From the NCBI GenBank assembly GCA_018304425.1, contig JAGVWE010000006.1, positions 3,175 through 67,174 on the forward strand: a stretch of 64,000 nucleotides of DNA. Direction: 5' to 3'. Both the position numbers and the translations under genes were made by a program. Shown in pieces: positions 57,502-64,000 of this stretch. Source of the stretch: Candidatus Iainarchaeum sp. (lineage in GTDB: Archaea > Iainarchaeota > Iainarchaeia > Iainarchaeales > UBA10219). Position 1 is the first letter of the stretch; every line of letters starts with the position of its first letter. The notes beneath the pieces are model-generated. The model saw only the letters and a program-made list of their open reading frames with translations, was not told where the DNA came from and did not search any database.

Positions 57502-57915
57502 GTGATGGAGGAAAAAGAATTCGAGCAATTCGTGGCCAACCTGGTCATTGCCCTCGCTTTGCTTGCCATCGTGGGGTTGGTGGCCACGGCCAAGCCCAAG
57601 ACCACGCCAGACTATTACTCGGCGCTTTACCTGGTGCCCGGCAGCTATGAAAACACGGCCGCCAACGGCTTGACTGGCTTCACCTACGCGATTGAAAACC
57701 ATGAAGCCGGAGACCAAGAGTATGCCGTGGCCCTGGGCGTGGACGGAAGAGTCGTCGAAACCCGGAAAGTGAGGGCAGCCAAGGAAGGAAAAGTCGAAGA
57801 ACGCGTGGAGCTTCCAATCCCCCAGGCAGGCTATTCGAAGCCGGCGAAAGTCACGATAACGACTGCTGCGGCAGGCAGGCAATACGAGGTATACTATTGG
57901 CTGCTGCCCCCGTGA
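57502..57915 (+). CDS. Small membrane-anchored hypothetical protein
   Basis: 137 aa with one N-terminal TM helix (LVIALALLAIVGLVA). The remainder is predicted extracytoplasmic. Confidence 0.4.
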   Translation: MMEEKEFEQFVANLVIALALLAIVGLVATAKPKTTPDYYSALYLVPGSYENTAANGLTGFTYAIENHEAGDQEYAVALGVDGRVVETRKVRAAKEGKVEERVELPIPQAGYSKPAKVTITTAAAGRQYEVYYWLLPP

Positions 57916-57937
57916 AAAAACTTAAGAGGCGAACGAC

Positions 57938-58708
57938 ATGGATTTCCTGCAAACCATCAACCAAGCCGTTTTCGGCCGGACCTTTTTGCCGCACTCGCTG
58001 GCGCGGGCCCGGAAACTCAACGACTTCCTGCGCGGCGAGCGGGGCCTGTTCCTCGACTTTGGTTCGGCGGACTGCAAGGTCGAGACCTTCATCGACAACC
58101 CGGACATTACATTCATCGCCTTCGACTTCGAAGAAAGAGAGGTGGCCAGGGCGCGGAAGCGGAACGCCAACGCGCTCCTCGCCGACGGCCGCAGGCTCCC
58201 CTTCAAAGACCAGGCCTTCGACGGCTGCGTCGCGGCAGAAGTCCTCGAACACATCGACCGGGACCTCGACGCGGCCAAAGAAATCCACCGCGTCCTCAAA
58301 CCCGGTGCCAAACTCTTCACCCTCGTACCCAACGGAGCGGCCCGAAAAAAATGGGGCCCCAAAGCCGACGCCTACTACTACATCCCCTCCATCCCCCACG
58401 GCGGCTCGCACGTCCGCGAAGGCTATACCCCCGAGACCCTGAACCGGTTGCTCACCCAAGCCGGCTTCCAAACCCGGCAAAGCGGGTACAGCGGAAAGGG
58501 CCTCATCGCCTGGCTCGGCCTCACCTACTACAACTTCCGCTTCCGAGAAGAAACCCGGAAATCCCTGGCCTGGAAGCTCTTGCGAATGACCCTCGTCCGG
58601 TTGATGCTCTTCCTGTCCCTCCTCGGCCTCGTGCCAGGACTGGACGCCCAATTCCAGGGCGAAGGCATGGACGTCTACGGGGTTCACCAAAAGCCAAACA
58701 ACAATTAA
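57938..58708 (+). CDS. Class I SAM-dependent methyltransferase with C-terminal hydrophobic segment
   Basis: FLDFGSADC (degenerate motif I) ... VAAEVLEHI ... PGAKLF type-11 pattern. The last approximately 40 aa are hydrophobic. Confidence 0.7.
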   Translation: MDFLQTINQAVFGRTFLPHSLARARKLNDFLRGERGLFLDFGSADCKVETFIDNPDITFIAFDFEEREVARARKRNANALLADGRRLPFKDQAFDGCVAAEVLEHIDRDLDAAKEIHRVLKPGAKLFTLVPNGAARKKWGPKADAYYYIPSIPHGGSHVREGYTPETLNRLLTQAGFQTRQSGYSGKGLIAWLGLTYYNFRFREETRKSLAWKLLRMTLVRLMLFLSLLGLVPGLDAQFQGEGMDVYGVHQKPNNN

Positions 58709-58800
58709 TTATCGTTTTTGAAAATCCCCCCATAGCCCTATTTTCGTTTACGATAATTAATTGCGGATTCCAAAGCAAAAAGTATAACTCAATTAATAGG

Positions 58801-58808
58801 TTTAAATA
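58801..58808 (+). promoter_or_regulatory. Archaeal-type TATA box (tttaaata), about 28 nt upstream of ATG 58833
   Basis: Lies in a 124-bp AT-rich intergenic region. Spacing implies a leaderless mRNA. Confidence 0.4.
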
Positions 58809-58832
58809 GATTATTGATTTTATTATACTTTT

Positions 58833-59177
58833 ATGGTTAGTGTGACCCAGGCCGGGCTGTTACAGCGGTTGTTGGCAGGCGACCGAACAACGGAGAAACG
58901 GGTAGCCAGGGAATTGGGGCTGACCCAGGGCACGGTTTCCCAGGCCCTGAAAGGGCTTAAAAAGCAGGGATTCCTCAAAGACAACCAGGCATGGGCCGGC
59001 ACCCCCCACGCGCTGGCCCTCAAAAACTGTTTGGCGAAAAACCGGGTCGGGCTCCCGAAAAACCGGGAAATCGAGGGCGGGCTGGCAGGCAAGGAAGTCG
59101 AAGACTGGCCAAGACTGCAGGACTTGACCAACATGGCTGAAACCAATGACGTGAAACTGCCTCGGGCAGGAAAGTGA
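58833..59177 (+). CDS. Winged-helix (MarR/ArsR-like) transcriptional regulator
   Basis: RVARELGLTQGTVSQALKGLKKQGFL is an HTH segment. 114 aa. Confidence 0.6.
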   Translation: MVSVTQAGLLQRLLAGDRTTEKRVARELGLTQGTVSQALKGLKKQGFLKDNQAWAGTPHALALKNCLAKNRVGLPKNREIEGGLAGKEVEDWPRLQDLTNMAETNDVKLPRAGK

Positions 59178-59395
59178 AACCGTGTTCCAAAACTTCACGG
59201 CAGAACAACTCCGGGAAATCGTCGAGGAAATCGCCCGGGTCCTGGAAACGTGTTTGACGGTGTACGCGTTTGGCGGCGCCGTCATGGTCTTCGACGCCCT
59301 CAAAAACGGCTCAAAACCGCAAAAAAGACGCCGTTAAAACCAGGATTGCACCAAAAGGTTTAATGGGGCCCACACACTAAAAGGATGGGATTGAC

Positions 59396-60343
59396 ATGGT
59401 TTCCATCGGCGTAATCGGAATGGGCAAATGGGGGTACAACCACGTGAACACCCTGGCAAACCTGGGCCACAAACCAGCCGCCATCGCAGACCCCGCGCCC
59501 CACGCCCAAGCCAAGGCAGCGTCGCTGAACGTTGAACACTTCTCCGACTACCGGAAAATGCTGCCAACCGTGGAAGCCGTGGTCATCGCCGCGCCCACCA
59601 ACCTCCACTACCGGATTGCCTTGGACTGTTTGCAGGCAGGCAAGCACGTGCTCGTCGAAAAACCCATCGCGGAAACGGTTGTGGAGGGAAAGAAACTGCA
59701 GGCCCTGGCCGCGAAGAAAAAACGGGTGCTGGCGGTAGGCCAATTATTCCGCTTCAACCCCGCGCTCGCCGAATTGAAGCGGCAGCTGAAGGAAGCCGGC
59801 CGGCCTCACTACCTCACGGCGCGGTTCATCCACTCCAGCAACCCCCCGCGCACGGACAGCGGCGCGATAGACAATTTTGGCACGCACGCCTTTGACTGGC
59901 TCAACTATTTGCTGGACGCGAAGCCCAAAAAGGTTTTCGCGTTGAAGCACCACTTCCTGTCCCGGGAACGCGAGGACGCGGCCGTGTGCCTCCTCGACTA
60001 CGGCAAGTTCTTCGCCTCCGTGGAACTGGGCTGGCTGCATCCCCTCAAGCGACGGGATGTCTGGCTGATTGCGGAGAAAAACAAGGTGCACGCGGACCTG
60101 CTGGAACAACGGGTTGAGGTAACGCCGATAATGGTGGGCTATGAAGGCAACCAGGTGGGCGCGAAAACCGAGGCCCGCGTGCAAAAAACGGAGCCCCTGG
60201 AAGCAGAGTTAATCCACTTCCTGGACTGCATCGAGACCGGAAAGCGGCCGCTCAACGACGCGCAGGCCGGCCTGGACGCCCTCGAGGTATGCCTTGCCTG
60301 CCACAGGGCCGCGGAAACCGGGAAGCCGGTAGACTTAAAATAA
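59396..60343 (+). CDS. Gfo/Idh/MocA-family NAD(P)-dependent sugar oxidoreductase (WbpB/WlbA-like)
   Basis: VSIGVIGMGKWGYNH Rossmann N-terminus and HVLVEKPIAETVVEGKKL (the EKP motif). 315 aa. Followed by a DegT aminotransferase gene. Confidence 0.85.
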   Translation: MVSIGVIGMGKWGYNHVNTLANLGHKPAAIADPAPHAQAKAASLNVEHFSDYRKMLPTVEAVVIAAPTNLHYRIALDCLQAGKHVLVEKPIAETVVEGKKLQALAAKKKRVLAVGQLFRFNPALAELKRQLKEAGRPHYLTARFIHSSNPPRTDSGAIDNFGTHAFDWLNYLLDAKPKKVFALKHHFLSREREDAAVCLLDYGKFFASVELGWLHPLKRRDVWLIAEKNKVHADLLEQRVEVTPIMVGYEGNQVGAKTEARVQKTEPLEAELIHFLDCIETGKRPLNDAQAGLDALEVCLACHRAAETGKPVDLK

Positions 60344-60364
60344 GTGCCAACGAGGTGTAATGCC

Positions 60365-61450
60365 ATGCAAGTGCCATCCGGTAGACCCGCCATGACGCCT
60401 GAAATGATTGAGGCCGCGGTGCAGGTCCTGAAGAGCGGCCGTTACGTCAAGGGCCCCAAGAACGAGGAATTCGAGCAAGGCTTTGCCGCCTACTGCGGGG
60501 CCAGCCGGGGAATCTCCGTCAGCAACGGCACGATAGCCCTTTACCTGGCCCTCCAGGCCCTGGACGTGAAAAAAGGCGACGAAGTGCTGGTGCCAGCCAA
60601 CACCTTCATTGCCACGGCCGAGCCCATCAAGCTGTTGGGCGCCAAACCCGTCTTCGTGGACTGCAACGAGGCCTACCTGATTGACTTGAAGGACGCCGAG
60701 AAAAAGGTGACGAAAAAGACGAAGGGCCTCATCCCCGTGCACTTGTACGGGCAGCCCTGCGACATGAAGGAAGTGAGCGACTTCAAGAAACGCCACGGCT
60801 GCTGGGTGCTGGAGGACTGCGCGCAAGCCCATGGCGCGGAATACGGCGGGCGACGCGTGGGCTCGTTCGGGGAAATGGCTTGCTTCTCGTTTTTCCCCTC
60901 CAAGAACATGACGGTGGCAGGCGACGGCGGCATGGTGCTGAGCAGCGACGAAGGGCTGGCGAAGACCGTGGAAATGCTGCGCGACCACGGAAGGGACTTC
61001 CACGCGCCCAATGGGGCCAACGTGCACCCCCTGCTGTCCCTCAACTACCGCTTGTCCGAAGTGCTGGCCGCCATCGGCAACGAGCAACTCAAGCTGCTGC
61101 CTGAATTCGTGAAGGCCCGGCAACGGATTGCCAGACGCTATGACAAGGAGCTGAGGAACGACGTGGTGAAGCCCGTGGTGCTGCCGAACCGCTCCCACGC
61201 CTACCACTTGTACGTCCTCCGCACCAGGAAGAGGGACGAGTTGATGGCCTGGCTCAAGAAAGAAGGCGTTGCCACCGGCATCCACTACCCCATACCCGTG
61301 CACAAGCAGCCGTCCATGGACTGCCAAGGACAACGCGTGCCCAACGTCGAAAAATACGCGGACGAAATCCTGTCCATCCCCATGTACCCCTCGCTGACCG
61401 AAGAAGAACAGGGCTTCGTCGTCGAGAAAATCAACGCCTTCAGGTTTTGA
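60365..61450 (+). CDS. DegT/DnrJ/EryC1/StrS-family PLP-dependent sugar aminotransferase (WbpE-like)
   Basis: GRDFHAPNGANVH... with the PLP-Lys region FSFFPSKNMTVAGDGG. About 360 aa. Start ambiguous (GTG 60344, ATG 60365 or ATG 60392). Confidence 0.85.
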   Translation: MQVPSGRPAMTPEMIEAAVQVLKSGRYVKGPKNEEFEQGFAAYCGASRGISVSNGTIALYLALQALDVKKGDEVLVPANTFIATAEPIKLLGAKPVFVDCNEAYLIDLKDAEKKVTKKTKGLIPVHLYGQPCDMKEVSDFKKRHGCWVLEDCAQAHGAEYGGRRVGSFGEMACFSFFPSKNMTVAGDGGMVLSSDEGLAKTVEMLRDHGRDFHAPNGANVHPLLSLNYRLSEVLAAIGNEQLKLLPEFVKARQRIARRYDKELRNDVVKPVVLPNRSHAYHLYVLRTRKRDELMAWLKKEGVATGIHYPIPVHKQPSMDCQGQRVPNVEKYADEILSIPMYPSLTEEEQGFVVEKINAFRF

Positions 61451-61467
61451 ACGGAAAAGGAACCCCC

Positions 61468-62097
61468 ATGGCTGCTGCCGGAAAAGCCGAGTACTTTCAG
61501 CGGGAACTGTCCTTCGAAGAAAAATTCTTCCACCCCGGCCCGGCCGGGAAAAGCCTGGAAGCCGGCTGCGGCAACGGGGTCTTCCAGCAGCGGCTGGGCC
61601 TGGACTCCTATGGCCTTGACTTGGACCTGGGCTACCTCCAGGCAAACCCCTGCAGGCACCTGGTGTGCGCGTACATGGAGCGCATGCCATTCAAGGACGC
61701 CTGCTTCGACCACGCGTACGCCATCACCTCCCTGCAGTACACGGACTTCGGGAAGGCCTTCGCGGAACTCCTGCGCGTGACCCGAAAGGGGGGCCGCATC
61801 GGCTTCACGCTGCCCAACGCCTTCTCGCTGGCCGGCCTGCACCGCGCCCTCCTCCTGCTGCTGAACCACTACCGCTTCCAAGGCAAACCACTGCCAAGGC
61901 CGAAAATGGAGGCAACGCCGTGGCTGACCGCCCGGGTCCTCGGCGATGCCCGGGTGAAAGCCGTGAAGGCCAGCGGCTCGGAAGTGGCGTTCTATCCCTG
62001 GGGAAAGGGACACTGGCCTTGGCTGGAGGCCCGGCTGCCCTGCTTCCTTAAAGTATTGTTCGGCCGGGAAGTATTCTATTTACTGGAGAAAAGGTAG
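61468..62097 (+). CDS. Class I SAM-dependent methyltransferase
   Basis: LEAGCGNGVF (motif I) ... ITSLQYTD ... KGGRIGF. Start taken at Met-8 of the track ORF. Confidence 0.65.
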   Translation: MAAAGKAEYFQRELSFEEKFFHPGPAGKSLEAGCGNGVFQQRLGLDSYGLDLDLGYLQANPCRHLVCAYMERMPFKDACFDHAYAITSLQYTDFGKAFAELLRVTRKGGRIGFTLPNAFSLAGLHRALLLLLNHYRFQGKPLPRPKMEATPWLTARVLGDARVKAVKASGSEVAFYPWGKGHWPWLEARLPCFLKVLFGREVFYLLEKR

Positions 62098-62106
62098 GGG
62101 CCAAAG

Positions 62107-63279
62107 ATGCGAGTCTGCATTGTCTCCAAGACCTCGAAAGTTGACCGCCTGACACCCGTCAGCAACTACAAGTACGTGGGCGGCGGCGGCATTTCCACGC
62201 ACACCCTGGCCTTGGCCCTCGAAGGACTGGGCCACGAAGTCCTGATTGCCGGGCACCCCGACGAAATCGGGAAAGGATTTGACGTGGTCCTGCACCAGAA
62301 CACCAAGCTGTTGCCGGAGACCCAGCGGAAGGCCGAGGAGCTGGGCCTGCCCTTCGCCGTGACCGTGAACGGCATGATTTCCTGCCCCAAGGCCACGCAC
62401 GTGAAAAGCCGGGACTACTTCGGCTACGAATGCCGGAAGTGCTCGTTGCCCGGCCTCCTGCACTGCTTTGCCACGGACAAGGACATGGGTTACAGCTGGT
62501 TCAGGGCGGATGAAAACAACCGCGCGGCCCTGTTGTTGACGGCCCTGCCAAGGTACCAGTTGCTGCGCGCGCGGATGCAGGCGTTGGCGAAAGCCGGCCA
62601 GGTAATCCCCATCGACCAAATCCTGCGCTCGACGCTCGTCGAGGCAGGAGTGCCGGCGGAAAGGATTGAGGTCTGCCCGCAGCCGGTCAGCGAGGACTTC
62701 TTGCGGGATTCCGGGGAACGGGTGTTCGCGGAAAAGACCTTCGTGTTTTCGGGGGGCACGCAGTGGATCAAGGGCTTCGAGGCCAGTGTGTGGGCCGTTG
62801 AACGGGTGCCAAAAGCCCGGCTCGCCGTGTTGGGCCACCAGGTGCCGGAAAGGGTGCAGTGGGCGAAGAAGGTGCTGGGTAATCGCGTCACGTTCCCGGG
62901 CAACATCGACAACCGGGAAATCGGCAAGTATTTTTACTCGGCGTATGGCGCCCTTTTCTCAAGCGTCTGGTTCGAGGGCTATGCCCGCGCGTTCTCCGAG
63001 CCCATGATGTGCGGGACCCCGGTCATTGCCTTTCCCGACCGGGGAGGCGGCGATTACATGGAGCACGAGCGAACCGCGTTGGTGGCGCGCGAGCGCTCGG
63101 TGGAGGCGTACGCCGAGCAAATCAAGCGATTGGTGGAAGACGAGGGGCTGCGGAACCGGCTGGGCAGGAACGCGCGGGAATACGCGGTGGAAAACTTTTC
63201 CGCGGACAAGGTGGCCGGGCGGTACGAGAAGATGCTGAAAGCCGTTGCCAGGCAGGGGAGCGGGAAAAAATGTCGTTGA
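62107..63279 (+). CDS. GT-B glycosyltransferase (GT4-like) with inserted Cys4 cluster
   Basis: N-terminal domain GGGGISTHTLALAL. C-terminal EGYARAFSEPMMCGTPVIAF (E-x7-E-like). Insertion CPKATHVKSRDYFGYECRKCSLPGLLHC between the Rossmann halves. Confidence 0.7.
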   Translation: MRVCIVSKTSKVDRLTPVSNYKYVGGGGISTHTLALALEGLGHEVLIAGHPDEIGKGFDVVLHQNTKLLPETQRKAEELGLPFAVTVNGMISCPKATHVKSRDYFGYECRKCSLPGLLHCFATDKDMGYSWFRADENNRAALLLTALPRYQLLRARMQALAKAGQVIPIDQILRSTLVEAGVPAERIEVCPQPVSEDFLRDSGERVFAEKTFVFSGGTQWIKGFEASVWAVERVPKARLAVLGHQVPERVQWAKKVLGNRVTFPGNIDNREIGKYFYSAYGALFSSVWFEGYARAFSEPMMCGTPVIAFPDRGGGDYMEHERTALVARERSVEAYAEQIKRLVEDEGLRNRLGRNAREYAVENFSADKVAGRYEKMLKAVARQGSGKKCR

Positions 63280-64000
63280 AGCTCATGGTTTACCGGAGAC
63301 TGTGTTCCATAATTTATTACAGCGGGTTGCTTTCGGTGTTCAAGGCGTTGAACCGGAGGAAGGTGCGCGTGCTGACCTATCACCGCATCGACGAAGTGGA
63401 CGCGGACTTCGTGGCAAGAAACATCTTGAACATCGCGGTGCCAAGGCCCTTGTTCGAACGGCAACTGGATTATTTGAGGAAACGCTATGACGTGATTCCG
63501 ATGGCGCGGTTCGTGGCGGCCCTGGAGGGGAAGGCCGCGTGGCCGGAAAACGCCGTGGTGCTCACCCTGGACGATGGCACGAAAGACAATTACCGGAACG
63601 CGTTTCCCGCGCTGAAGGAAAGGGGGTTGCCGGCCACCTTCTTTGTGGTCACGAATGCCGCGGGCGGGGAACTGCCGGACTACTACACGTATTATTTCGT
63701 GTTCGACCGGCTGGGGGCGGAAAAAATGTTGGCGGCCTTGAACCAGGCCCTGGGCAAAGAACACAGGGAAATGTTTGAGGCCAGGCTCGAGTTCCTGTCC
63801 CTGGGAAAGGCGCGGCGGCAGGAAATCCTGGCCGGCCTTTGCCGCGAGCACGGCTTAAAGCTGCCGGGAGGCTTGTGTGGCAAGCATTTCATGGACTGGA
63901 ACGAGCTCTCCGTGCTACATAAGAGCGGCTTGGATGTGGAGCCCCACTCCGCCTCGCATGCCTTGCTCAGCCGCGTGCCCGCCGAAGAGGCGCGAACCGA
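63270..64000 (+). CDS. Polysaccharide deacetylase (NodB homology domain); 3' end beyond window
   Basis: ATG at 63270 overlaps the GT4 stop. Open to the window end (absent from the track because it has no stop). VLTLDDGTKDNY (NodB motif 1) and HSASHALLS (His motif). Confidence 0.7.
   Translation, partial: MSLKLMVYRRLCSIIYYSGLLSVFKALNRRKVRVLTYHRIDEVDADFVARNILNIAVPRPLFERQLDYLRKRYDVIPMARFVAALEGKAAWPENAVVLTLDDGTKDNYRNAFPALKERGLPATFFVVTNAAGGELPDYYTYYFVFDRLGAEKMLAALNQALGKEHREMFEARLEFLSLGKARRQEILAGLCREHGLKLPGGLCGKHFMDWNELSVLHKSGLDVEPHSASHALLSRVPAEEART

Noticed and set aside
59182-59340. Approximately 52-codon GTG-initiated ORF (VFQNFTAEQLREIVEEIARVLETCLTVYAFGGAVMVFDALKNG...) between the wHTH gene and the Gfo/Idh/MocA gene
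   Set aside because: Too short, no clear start signal, and only a vague resemblance to NTase motifs. Left uncalled.
1-64000. Search for CRISPR arrays, tRNA/rRNA genes and transposase/IS elements
   Set aside because: I saw no direct-repeat/spacer periodicity, no cloverleaf-like conserved tRNA boxes in intergenic gaps, and no transposase or integrase motifs. The only mobile-DNA hint is the GT4 remnant at 19624..19689.

Overview
The window is about 64 kb of mostly high-GC DNA, dominated by one large cell-surface glycan / protein-glycosylation locus. Promoter architecture suggests an archaeal source: 'tttaaata' TATA boxes sit about 26-28 nt upstream of near-leaderless ATGs. Dolichol-phosphate-type GT2 synthases and AbrB/VapC modules fit that reading.

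Gene content I can support:
- Nucleotide-sugar enzymes: RmlB, a short RmlA-like nucleotidyltransferase, WecB, a Gfo/Idh/MocA oxidoreductase plus DegT-type aminotransferase pair (WbpB/WbpE-like), three extended-SDR epimerase/dehydratases, and an AsnB-like amidotransferase.
- Glycosyltransferases: about 10 GT4, 5 GT2 (three DPM1-like), and at least 4 PMT/ArnT-like GT-C-fold membrane enzymes.
- Export/polymerisation: a Wzx-type flippase and two large Wzy-like polytopic membrane proteins.
- Tailoring: a membrane-anchored SGNH hydrolase, a NodB deacetylase (3' partial), an unusually large set of 8 class-I SAM methyltransferase-like genes, two radical-SAM enzymes (one B12-binding class B, one SPASM-type), and a formate--tetrahydrofolate ligase.
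- Likely substrates: a sequon-rich surface glycoprotein and a Cys-repeat surface protein.

Interrupting the locus are a frameshifted PIN gene and a ribbon-helix-helix gene near 6.6-7.3 kb. An accessory block at about 19.7-24.0 kb carries an AbrB/MazE antitoxin gene with a start-less VapC gene, two paralogous minimal nucleotidyltransferase genes (one coupled to a winged-HTH regulator gene) and pdxS/pdxT.

Signals I consider most novel:
- A thrice-repeated two-gene module: a GT-C membrane glycosyltransferase paired with a two-TM-anchored Cys-knot protein carrying a TCHSYCK motif.
- A seven-gene translationally coupled operon combining GT2, a radical-SAM/SPASM enzyme, two paralogous methyltransferase-like proteins, a Pol-beta-fold nucleotidyltransferase, an epimerase and an AP-superfamily phosphodiesterase.
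- B12-radical-SAM and Fhs genes sitting between dTDP-sugar and GT genes.
- A lower-GC glycosyltransferase island at about 43-53.5 kb.
- A 66-bp remnant of a GT4 3' end that marks an insertion/recombination boundary.

I found no rRNA, tRNA or CRISPR array. All coordinates derive from the supplied ORF track plus manual codon counting. GC statements are by-eye estimates.
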